Shown here in pieces: positions 9,558 to 17,703 of a stretch of 64,000 nt of DNA. Both the position numbers and the translations under genes were made by a program. The DNA comes from Caldisericia bacterium (lineage in GTDB: Bacteria > Caldisericota > Caldisericia > JAAYUI01), in NCBI GenBank assembly GCA_017992555.1, contig JAGOOK010000001.1, forward strand, positions 36,134 through 100,133. The letters run 5' to 3'. The notes under the pieces were generated by a model, which saw nothing but the letters and a program-made list of their open reading frames with translations, did no database searches and was not told the DNA's origin. How positions within the stretch are numbered: the stretch's first letter is position 1; the number at the start of each line of letters is the position of its first letter.

Positions 9558-10661
9558 TCATCCACTCAGGATTTTTGAGAAAACCGGATTGGAAACCAGA
9601 ACAAACGATGGATTTATTGTGTAAATATTGCCATTTTTATCGAGTTTGCCGTTTTGAGCAAGCTCGTCCAGTCTGTCCTGGAGCCTTGAGATGTTTTCGG
9701 GTTTGTATTTTTGCGATAGCAAATCCAGGTTTGTTCCTGTCTCCAGGAGCCTGAGGTTTAGCATCGCCTCTTCAAATATTTTGTCTTCAGGCCCCAGCTT
9801 CTCTTCGATAAACTTGCATGAAATAGGATTGTTTATGTATTTGTCGAGATTTTCCTCGTTTTTGAACCTGATGCCATCCAGGTGTGATGATGCTCCCGGG
9901 CCAAGGCCAAGGTACTCACCACATTTCCAGTAATTGATGTTATGGAGTGATTCCTCCCCGGAAGTGGCAAAATTTGAAATCTCGTAGTGATAGAAATTTT
10001 TGGAAACCAGGAAGTCCCTGCATTGCTCAAAAAGAGTTGCCTGCTCGTCATCTGATGGCAGGTTGCCAGGTATGTTCTTGTAGAGTTTTGTCCCTTCCTC
10101 AACCGAAAGACAATAGGCGGAGATGTGCTTCAATCCGAGCTCAATAAATTTTGATAATGTCGATAGCAAGGAGCTTTTTGTCTGGCCAGGCAATCCAATT
10201 ATTGCGTCAACCGAAGCCCTTTTGAAATATTTAACCGCAATGCCAATCGCATCTATGGCTTTTTTTGAATTGTGTATTCTTCCAACTGACTGGAGTTCGC
10301 CATCATTTAACGACTGGATTCCGATTGAAACCCTGTCAAATCCGTAATTTCTGGCCGAGAGCGCAAATTCCTCCGTCAGGCTTTCTGGATTGGCTTCTAT
10401 TGTGGCTTCAAGGATTTTTTCAAATCCGAATATCTTTTTTAGCCCTAGATACAGCTTTTCGAGATTTTTTGAGCCAAGGAGGCTTGGAGTGCCACCGCCA
10501 AGGTATATAGTTCCAAAATGCAGCCCCTGATATTGTTTTGCTTCTTCAAGGACAGCTTCGACATAATCATGGATTTGCCCTTCAGATTTTGCAAGGCTGT
10601 AAAAATCACAATAATCGCACTTCCTGACGCAAAAAGGAATGTGGACGTAAAGCCCGGTCAC
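9558..10661 (-). CDS. hemW: radical SAM family heme chaperone HemW (HemN-like)
   Basis: CxxxCxxC radical SAM motif (CVRKCDYCDF) near the N-terminus. Classic position downstream of lepA. Confidence 0.85.
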   Translation of the reverse strand: MTGLYVHIPFCVRKCDYCDFYSLAKSEGQIHDYVEAVLEEAKQYQGLHFGTIYLGGGTPSLLGSKNLEKLYLGLKKIFGFEKILEATIEANPESLTEEFALSARNYGFDRVSIGIQSLNDGELQSVGRIHNSKKAIDAIGIAVKYFKRASVDAIIGLPGQTKSSLLSTLSKFIELGLKHISAYCLSVEEGTKLYKNIPGNLPSDDEQATLFEQCRDFLVSKNFYHYEISNFATSGEESLHNINYWKCGEYLGLGPGASSHLDGIRFKNEENLDKYINNPISCKFIEEKLGPEDKIFEEAMLNLRLLETGTNLDLLSQKYKPENISRLQDRLDELAQNGKLDKNGNIYTINPSFVLVSNPVFSKILSG

Positions 10662-12454
10662 TCTTCTTCTTCGACCTTTAACAGGGACAGGAAGGCCTCC
10701 TGCGGGATTTCGACTGCGCCGACCATCTTCATGCGCTTTTTGCCTTCCTTCTGTTTCTCGAGCAGTTTTTTCTTTCTTGTCACATCACCGCCGTAGCATT
10801 TTGCCAGAACATCTTTCCTGTAAGCCGCTATGTCTTCCCTGGCGATGATCTTTCCGCCTATTGCGGCCTGGAGCGGGATTTTGAACTGCTGTCTTGGGAT
10901 GAGCTTCCTGAGCTTGTTGATCAGCGACCTTCCCTTTTGAACGGCAAAGTCTCTGTGCGAGATATACGAAAGTGCGTCTACCTGGTCACCGTTGACCAAT
11001 ACGTCCACCTTGACAAGGTCATCCTGGCGATACCCTGTGAAGTCGTAATCAAGGCTGCCATATCCATGGGTAATACTTTTCAGTTTGTCGTAATAGTCTG
11101 TTATTATCTCGGCGAGAGGGAATTCATAATGGATGATGGTTCTCTTCTGGTCGGGGTACTCCATGCCAGTCATGGTGCCTCTCCTTGCTTGCGAGAGCTC
11201 CATTACCGGACCAATAGTATCATTTTGCGTGATTACCTGGGCTTTTACAATTGGTTCCTCGATTGATTCAATTTCGTTTGGATCAGGGAACTTGGAAGGG
11301 TTGTCGATGTAGGTCTCCTGGCCTTTTGTCCCGATGATTTTGTAAACAACGGTGGGCATCGTTGCAATTATTTCCTGCTCAAACTCCCTCTTTAGCCTTT
11401 CAATAACAATTTCCATGTGTAGCATCCCGAGGAAGCCGACCCTGAAACCGTGACCAAGCGCCGCAGAGCTTTCTTTTTCATAAACAATTGAGCTGTCGTT
11501 TAGCTGGTACTTTTCAATAGCGGTGCGGAGCTTGTCGTAGTCGTTGGTTGATATGGGATACACACCGCAGAAGACCATCGGCTGCATCCTTCTAAAGCCA
11601 GGGATGGCCATAGTGTCTGGAAACTCTGGAGAAATTATTGTGTCTCCGACATGTATATCGTTCGTATCTCTTATGATTGCGGCAAAATATCCGACTTCGC
11701 CAGCTTTCAGCTCGTCGCACCGGATAAGTCTCAACCCAAAATAGCCGACCTCTTCGACCTCAAAAATTTTGCTGTTGGATTTGAGCATTATCTTGTCGCC
11801 TGGCTTTATTGAGCCGTCAAAAATTCTAATGTGGCTGATAGCACCTTTATAAGAATCGTAGTGGCTGTCGAATATCAAGCACCTGAGTGGCGCTGATTCG
11901 CTTATTCTTGGTGGTGGTATCTTGCGGACGATTTCTTCAAGCAGCTCTGGCACTCCGGTGCCATCTTTTGCAGAGACGAGCATTGCATCATCAGAAGGCA
12001 GGCCAAGCATGTCTTCCATCTGTATCTTGCACTCGTCTATCATCGCATTTGGGAGGTCGATTTTGTTTATGACCGGGATTATGTGGAGGTCAGCATCCAT
12101 TGCCAGATATGCGTTGGCGATTGTCTGGGCCTCAACTCCCTGCGTGGCATCGACGAGGAGAAGCGCTCCCTCACAAGCTTTAAGACTCCTTGAAACTTCA
12201 TAGTTGAAATCCACATGGCCTGGGGTGTCTATCAGGTTCAGGATGTACTCCTGGCCGTTTTTTGCCTTATACGGGATTCTGACTGGAGAGGCCTTGATTG
12301 TTATTCCTCTCTCCTTTTCCAGGTCCATGCTGTCCAAAATCTGGGCATTGCCTGTTGTGTGGACAACGTCGGTCAGCTCCAGTATCCTGTCGGCCAGCGT
12401 CGATTTGCCATGGTCGATATGGGCTATTATGCAAAAATTGCGAATATTGTTCAT
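10658..12454 (-). CDS. lepA: translation elongation factor 4 (LepA)
   Basis: IRNFCIIAHIDHGKSTLADR G1 motif and LepA C-terminal domain. Start moved to the ATG at 12454 (MNNIRNF). The upstream 29 codons of the tracked ORF overlap the promoter. Confidence 0.95.
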   Translation of the reverse strand: MNNIRNFCIIAHIDHGKSTLADRILELTDVVHTTGNAQILDSMDLEKERGITIKASPVRIPYKAKNGQEYILNLIDTPGHVDFNYEVSRSLKACEGALLLVDATQGVEAQTIANAYLAMDADLHIIPVINKIDLPNAMIDECKIQMEDMLGLPSDDAMLVSAKDGTGVPELLEEIVRKIPPPRISESAPLRCLIFDSHYDSYKGAISHIRIFDGSIKPGDKIMLKSNSKIFEVEEVGYFGLRLIRCDELKAGEVGYFAAIIRDTNDIHVGDTIISPEFPDTMAIPGFRRMQPMVFCGVYPISTNDYDKLRTAIEKYQLNDSSIVYEKESSAALGHGFRVGFLGMLHMEIVIERLKREFEQEIIATMPTVVYKIIGTKGQETYIDNPSKFPDPNEIESIEEPIVKAQVITQNDTIGPVMELSQARRGTMTGMEYPDQKRTIIHYEFPLAEIITDYYDKLKSITHGYGSLDYDFTGYRQDDLVKVDVLVNGDQVDALSYISHRDFAVQKGRSLINKLRKLIPRQQFKIPLQAAIGGKIIAREDIAAYRKDVLAKCYGGDVTRKKKLLEKQKEGKKRMKMVGAVEIPQEAFLSLLKVEEEE

Positions 12455-12465
12455 ACCAAGTAACC

Positions 12466-12493
12466 ATTTTACTGCCAGTCGCAATTTGTTCAA
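12466..12493 (-). promoter_or_regulatory. putative lepA promoter TTGAAC-16nt-TAAAAT, 11 nt upstream of the ATG
   Basis: Hexamers read on the minus strand at 12493-12488 and 12471-12466. No Shine-Dalgarno. Confidence 0.4.
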
Positions 12494-12511
12494 GGTTTGA
12501 CACTCATTTCC

Positions 12512-12540
12512 TTGACAGCCATGAGGCCCATAACTATACA
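12512..12540 (+). promoter_or_regulatory. putative topB promoter TTGACA-17nt-TATACA, 13 nt upstream of the ATG
   Basis: Hexamers at 12512-12517 and 12535-12540. No Shine-Dalgarno before the ATG at 12554. Confidence 0.4.
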
Positions 12541-12553
12541 CGGCACGTAAACT

Positions 12554-15208
12554 ATGGAAAAAACATTGATATTGACCGAGAAGCCTTCAGTTGCCGCCGA
12601 TATAGCACACGCACTAGGCGGTTTCGACAAAAAAGAGGATTTTTACGAGAGTGATGACACCTATATAACATGGGCAGTCGGTCACCTTGTAACACTGGCC
12701 GAGCCTGAGGATTATGACAAGGGCTATAAGTATTGGACCTTACAGTCCCTTCCGATAATCCCCAATAAATTCGAGCTCAAGCCAATCCCAAAATCTGAAA
12801 GCAGGCTGAAAAAGATAGCTTCGCTGGCAAAAAAATCCTCAACACTTGTAAATGCCTGTGATGCTGGCCGTGAAGGTGAACTGATATTCAGGTATATCTA
12901 TGAATACCTTGGACTTGAAGCACCGACAAAAAGGTTGTGGCTCCAGTCCATGACCAAATCGGCAATTGCTGACGGTTTTGAAAGACTCAGGCCGTCAAAA
13001 GAGCTGGACAACCTTGGAGAGTCGGCAAAGTGTAGGTCGGAGGCGGACTGGCTCATTGGAATCAATGCGACAAGGGCATTTACGAGGAGACTTGGCAATC
13101 TTCTCTCGATTGGAAGGGTACAGACACCGACACTCTCGATAATCATCTCGAGGGAAAAAGAGATAAATGCTTTTGTCCCAAGAACATACTTTGATATTTT
13201 CGCAGAGTTTGAAGCCAAATCTGGCGTTTACAGGGGGAAATGGTTTATCGATGTTCCCAAAATCTCAAAAGAAAAAAACGCCCCAATAACCGATGAGATT
13301 CTGGCCTCGCTAGTAAAAAAATATGGCCAGATAGCAACATCTGCCCTTAAGGCCAATGATGGTGCCGTCCAGGGTGATACCGTCGAATCTGTTGGGGATA
13401 AAAAAGCTGCTGATGAGATAGTTAGCAGGATCAAGGGAAAAGAAGGCAAAGTTGTTGTTGAGGACCATAAGCTCCAGAGACAGAGTCCGCCGCTCCTTTT
13501 TGATCTCAATGAACTCCAGAGAGAGGCCAATAGAAGATTTTCCTTTTCTGCTGCCAGAACCTTACAGCTTGCCCAGCAACTTTACGAAGAGAAAAAACTG
13601 GTCACCTACCCAAGGTCTGACAGTAAACATCTTCCCGAGGACTACACGGATGTTGTTCCGAGAATTTTTGGTGTGCTTTCCCACACAAAATATGACAAGG
13701 TGGCCCTGCCGCTTGTTGGCCAGAAGGTCGCAAAAAACAAGAGAATATTTGATAACAAAAAGATCTCTGACCACTTTGCAATAATCCCCACAGAAAAATC
13801 GCTTGAGGAAGTATCTCTTACTCCAGAACAGGCAAAAATTTATGACCTGATAGTAAAAAAATTCCTTGCAGCGTTCTACCCGGATGCAGTCTGGGAGGTC
13901 GTGCACAGGGTGACCCAGGTTGACGGGCTTGATTTCAAATCTGATGCTAAGAGTCTTAAAGAAAAAGGTTTCTATGCTGTTTATGGAAGGGAAGAGCAAG
14001 AGGAATCTTCTCTTCCGGTGGTCGCAGAAGGCGAAACAGTGGATACTGTTGCACAGGAATTGCAGGAAAAACAAACCACACCACCGCCAAGATACAACGA
14101 GGCAACCCTCCTTGGAGCGATGGAAATGGCTGGCAAGTTTATTGATGACGAAGAACTCAGAGATGCCATGAAGGAAAAAGGCCTGGGAACTCCGGCTACG
14201 AGGGCTTCTATCATCGAAAGGATACTGGAAGTTGGCTACATCGAGCGTGTTGGTAGGGACCTTGTTCCAACAACAAAAGGAATAGCACTGTACGATCTTC
14301 TGATTGGTTTCCCTCTTCCAGAGCTATATTCACCAGAAATGACCGGGAACTGGGAATACAAGCTTGCCTGCATTGAAAAGGGCGAGATGAGTCCCGAGGA
14401 TTTCCTTGGCGAAATAGTTAACTTTACAAAACAGCTTGTAAACAAGGTGAAGGACAGGAGCCTCGATGCTCCAATTGCCAACCAGGATGGCAACGGAGAG
14501 GCGAGAGCCATTGGAACTTGCCCTCTTTGTGGAGAAGATGTTGTTGATTCTTTCATGTCCTTCAGGTGCGCCAACTACAAATCCACAAAAACCAAAAAAG
14601 GCGCAAAGAAAACGAAAGCCAAGGAAGAAGATGAGGAGAATGGATGCAGTTTTGCGATCTGGAAAACGATTGCCGGAAAAATCATTACCGAGGATGTCGC
14701 AAAAGAACTCATCGAAAAGAAGAGAGTGGGTCCTCTTTCCGGTTTCAGATCAAAATCTGGCAGGCCATTTTTTGCCACTCTTCTGCTTGGTGATGACGGT
14801 AAAATAACCTTCGAATTCTCCAAAAGCCAGAGCGAGGGTGGACAGGAAAAAACAAAAACAGAAGAAGTTTTCCTTGAGGACCCTGTTGCAAAGTGTCCGG
14901 TCTGCAAGGCCGATATCCTCGAGGGTACTTCGGTATATCGTTGCCAAAACTTTGGCAAGTCTTGCAAAATGTCCCTTAGTAAAGTAATTTTAGGGAAGAC
15001 CATAGCTCGCGAAACGGCCGCCAGGCTTTTTGAAGAAGGCAAGACAGAAAAGATTTCAGGCTTCATAAGTCGCAAAGGCAGGCCGTTCTCTGCGTATCTG
15101 GTCTTAAAAGATGACGGGAAGGTAGGGTTCGAATTTGACAATGCAACAGGAAGGACAGCAAAAGGCGCATCCAAAGTTTCAAAGCCAAAAACTAAAAAAA
15201 GCAAATAG
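12554..15208 (+). CDS. topB: DNA topoisomerase III (type IA) with duplicated C-terminal Zn-ribbon / topoisomerase C-terminal repeat modules
   Basis: TOPRIM N-terminus (LILTEKPSVA...WAVGHL) and type IA core. Two C-terminal modules each have a Cys cluster plus G(F)xSKxGRPF...L..DGK..FEF. Confidence 0.9.
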   Translation: MEKTLILTEKPSVAADIAHALGGFDKKEDFYESDDTYITWAVGHLVTLAEPEDYDKGYKYWTLQSLPIIPNKFELKPIPKSESRLKKIASLAKKSSTLVNACDAGREGELIFRYIYEYLGLEAPTKRLWLQSMTKSAIADGFERLRPSKELDNLGESAKCRSEADWLIGINATRAFTRRLGNLLSIGRVQTPTLSIIISREKEINAFVPRTYFDIFAEFEAKSGVYRGKWFIDVPKISKEKNAPITDEILASLVKKYGQIATSALKANDGAVQGDTVESVGDKKAADEIVSRIKGKEGKVVVEDHKLQRQSPPLLFDLNELQREANRRFSFSAARTLQLAQQLYEEKKLVTYPRSDSKHLPEDYTDVVPRIFGVLSHTKYDKVALPLVGQKVAKNKRIFDNKKISDHFAIIPTEKSLEEVSLTPEQAKIYDLIVKKFLAAFYPDAVWEVVHRVTQVDGLDFKSDAKSLKEKGFYAVYGREEQEESSLPVVAEGETVDTVAQELQEKQTTPPPRYNEATLLGAMEMAGKFIDDEELRDAMKEKGLGTPATRASIIERILEVGYIERVGRDLVPTTKGIALYDLLIGFPLPELYSPEMTGNWEYKLACIEKGEMSPEDFLGEIVNFTKQLVNKVKDRSLDAPIANQDGNGEARAIGTCPLCGEDVVDSFMSFRCANYKSTKTKKGAKKTKAKEEDEENGCSFAIWKTIAGKIITEDVAKELIEKKRVGPLSGFRSKSGRPFFATLLLGDDGKITFEFSKSQSEGGQEKTKTEEVFLEDPVAKCPVCKADILEGTSVYRCQNFGKSCKMSLSKVILGKTIARETAARLFEEGKTEKISGFISRKGRPFSAYLVLKDDGKVGFEFDNATGRTAKGASKVSKPKTKKSK

Positions 15209-17696
15209 GCTTTTCTGGACAGTTTTAAGGTTCGGCCTTGCCGTCGGTTTTGTAGTGGCCATTGCCCTTGCTCTTTTCATATACAGGGTTGGATCGGATG
15301 TTGTTGCGACCTTGCCAAATCTTGATGAACAGAAGAGGCCGCCAGTGGCGTCCCAGATATTTGATTACGACAACCAGCTAATAGGCTCCGTCTTCTTTGA
15401 GGACAGGATACCTGTAAAGATAAATGAAGTTTCAAAGGATTTTCTCAATACGATAGTGACCTCTGAGGATGAAAGGTTTTACCAACACAAAGGTTTTGAT
15501 CTTCGTTCAATCTTCAGGGCATTTTTTGTCAACATAAAGACAGGTTCCATGAGTCAGGGTGGTTCTACGCTAACCCAACAGGTTGCCCGTTCGGAGCTTT
15601 TTATAGACAGCAAAGAAACTTCGGTCACAAGGAAGATCAAGGAAATAATACTGGCATTCAAGCTTGAGCAGCGTTACACAAAAGAAGAGATTCTGGAAGC
15701 CTATGTGAACCAGATATTTTTCGGGTTTGGTTCCTATGGTGTGGAATCTGCAGCTAGAAACTATTTTGGGAAACATGCAAAGGACCTCAACTATGCAGAG
15801 AGCTCTCTTCTCGTGGCGATCCTTCCTGCTCCTTCGGTTGACAACCCCATAATCAACCTTGCTGGCACAAAAGAGCGCCAGAAAAACGTTTTGCGAAAAC
15901 TTGTTGTAAACGGGGTAATAACTGAAGATGAATCAAAAAAATATTTTGAGGTGCCGTACCAGCGAAAATCTTTCAGGGAAGTCGGGGACAACGATTCCGT
16001 AAACTACTTCATCGACTACGTCAAAGCCGAGATGGAGAAGCGCTACGATCCGAAAGACCTGAAAGAGGGTGGCCTCAGGATCAAGACAACGCTTATCAGA
16101 TCCTACCAAAAATATGCCGAGAACGCCATGAGAAATGTGTTTGCAAAAGCAGAAAAAAGTGGCGAATTCTCCTCAAAGGTTTTTGACGAATTTGGTGTAA
16201 AACAGCCCCAGGCTTGTTTTGTGGCAATGAACCCCCGCAATGGGTATGTTCTCGCAATGGTCGGCGGAAGAGACTACAAAAACACAAAGTGGAATCGCAC
16301 AACAGCAGAAAGGCACCCCGGCTCGTCATTCAAGATTTTCGATTATTCGGCCGCACTTGAGAACAGGTCTGTCACCCCTGCCTCTATTCTCAAATCCGAT
16401 TACAGCTTTAATGTAAATGGCTGGAACCCGGGAGAATGGAGCCACAGCGTTACCAACAAGCTTTATACTGTAAGAGGCGCACTTTTGACCTCTTCGAATG
16501 TCTGTGCATTGAGAGCGGGCCTTAGGGTTGGACTAGATAGGGTCGCTTACTATGCAGCCAAAATGGGCCTCAAGACCCCAATAATGCCTTATCCATCAAT
16601 TACTGTAGGTTCAGTTGAAGTCAGACCTGTTGATATGTGCACTGCCTATGCCTCTCTCGCTTCAGGTGGAATACGCCATGATCCAGTTGCTATTCTGGAA
16701 GTACAAAACAGGGACGGGATAATAATCGAGCGCTATCAGGGCACAGGTTTTAGAGTGCTTTCTGAAGAAACAGCCTGGACACTCGGAAACATTTTTCAAG
16801 ACGTCCTCCATTCAATCCTTGGTTCAACAATAAAAACGCCGGCGGCTGGAAAAACTGGAACTTCTACAGGTTCTCTTAATGCTTGGTATTGTTGCTTTAC
16901 ACCAGAAATAACCGTTACCTGCTATGTTGGTAAAGACTCTAAGAAGGTCATGAGCGCTGTCAACACAATCATCTGGGGTTCTTCAATGGCAGCCCCAATG
17001 GCAAGAGATTTTGTGAATGCCTGCCTTACTGATAAAAAACATCCTCTGCCAAAAACCCCATTCCCGCCAGCCCCAAAAGGCATGACAGGAAGTATTTTTT
17101 GTAAAACATCTGGTGAGCTCGTCAATGGCTTTTGCCCAAAGGACCAGATTAGCAGCGATTATTTCTTTGCCGGGACCACACCTGACACTCCATGCCAATA
17201 TCACAAACAGGGCGTTTTCCCATACAATGTTGTTGAAGAAACTGTTGACGGGAAAAAATATTACTATAAACCAGGAAATTCCTGGTGTGTGACAAAAGAA
17301 GTTCTTCTTTCAAAAGATGTTTACGAAAAGCTACCGGCAAAATCTGATTGCCCGGCACTGATTAACTTTACGATCTCTGACCAGTCGGGACAGTTGCTCC
17401 AAGAACCCTACTCATTCTCCAAGGGCGGCATTTATAATCTGGATGTTGTGATACCCCAGGATGTTCTTGGGAAATTCAACGAAGTGGACGTTTATTTTGG
17501 TGACATGCGGGTAAAAAAATGGCAAGAGGGTGATCTTGATTCCGATACAGGTCAAAAAGTGGAATTCAGTTCACCGCTCAACGCCATGTTTGCTGTGTCT
17601 CCGGATGATGCAAACAAAACAAAAAAACTGATTTTTGAGATAAGAGGCCCGGGTGGCTTTTATCTCAAAAAGACTTTTGATGTGGGGATAAGCTAG
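15135..17696 (+). CDS. class A penicillin-binding protein (glycosyltransferase + transpeptidase), copy 1
   Basis: TM anchor, GT51 motifs (EDERFYQHKGFD, GGSTLTQQ), transpeptidase SxxK (GSSFK) and KTGT. TTG at 15135 or ATG at 15141; either overlaps the topB 3' end by about 70 nt. Confidence 0.9.
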   Translation: MTMQQEGQQKAHPKFQSQKLKKANRLFWTVLRFGLAVGFVVAIALALFIYRVGSDVVATLPNLDEQKRPPVASQIFDYDNQLIGSVFFEDRIPVKINEVSKDFLNTIVTSEDERFYQHKGFDLRSIFRAFFVNIKTGSMSQGGSTLTQQVARSELFIDSKETSVTRKIKEIILAFKLEQRYTKEEILEAYVNQIFFGFGSYGVESAARNYFGKHAKDLNYAESSLLVAILPAPSVDNPIINLAGTKERQKNVLRKLVVNGVITEDESKKYFEVPYQRKSFREVGDNDSVNYFIDYVKAEMEKRYDPKDLKEGGLRIKTTLIRSYQKYAENAMRNVFAKAEKSGEFSSKVFDEFGVKQPQACFVAMNPRNGYVLAMVGGRDYKNTKWNRTTAERHPGSSFKIFDYSAALENRSVTPASILKSDYSFNVNGWNPGEWSHSVTNKLYTVRGALLTSSNVCALRAGLRVGLDRVAYYAAKMGLKTPIMPYPSITVGSVEVRPVDMCTAYASLASGGIRHDPVAILEVQNRDGIIIERYQGTGFRVLSEETAWTLGNIFQDVLHSILGSTIKTPAAGKTGTSTGSLNAWYCCFTPEITVTCYVGKDSKKVMSAVNTIIWGSSMAAPMARDFVNACLTDKKHPLPKTPFPPAPKGMTGSIFCKTSGELVNGFCPKDQISSDYFFAGTTPDTPCQYHKQGVFPYNVVEETVDGKKYYYKPGNSWCVTKEVLLSKDVYEKLPAKSDCPALINFTISDQSGQLLQEPYSFSKGGIYNLDVVIPQDVLGKFNEVDVYFGDMRVKKWQEGDLDSDTGQKVEFSSPLNAMFAVSPDDANKTKKLIFEIRGPGGFYLKKTFDVGIS

Positions 17697-17703
17697 GCTG
17701 GCG

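Noticed and set aside
12455-12553. Divergent lepA/topB strand switch as a replication origin
   Set aside because: The region is only 99 bp and is fully accounted for by two promoters. There is no cluster of DnaA-box-like 9-mers or an AT-rich unwinding element, and no dnaA or dnaN nearby.
14575-15204. 209-aa minus-strand ORF
   Set aside because: It is antisense to the TopB C-terminal repeats. It has low-complexity shadow-frame composition and no promoter or Shine-Dalgarno.
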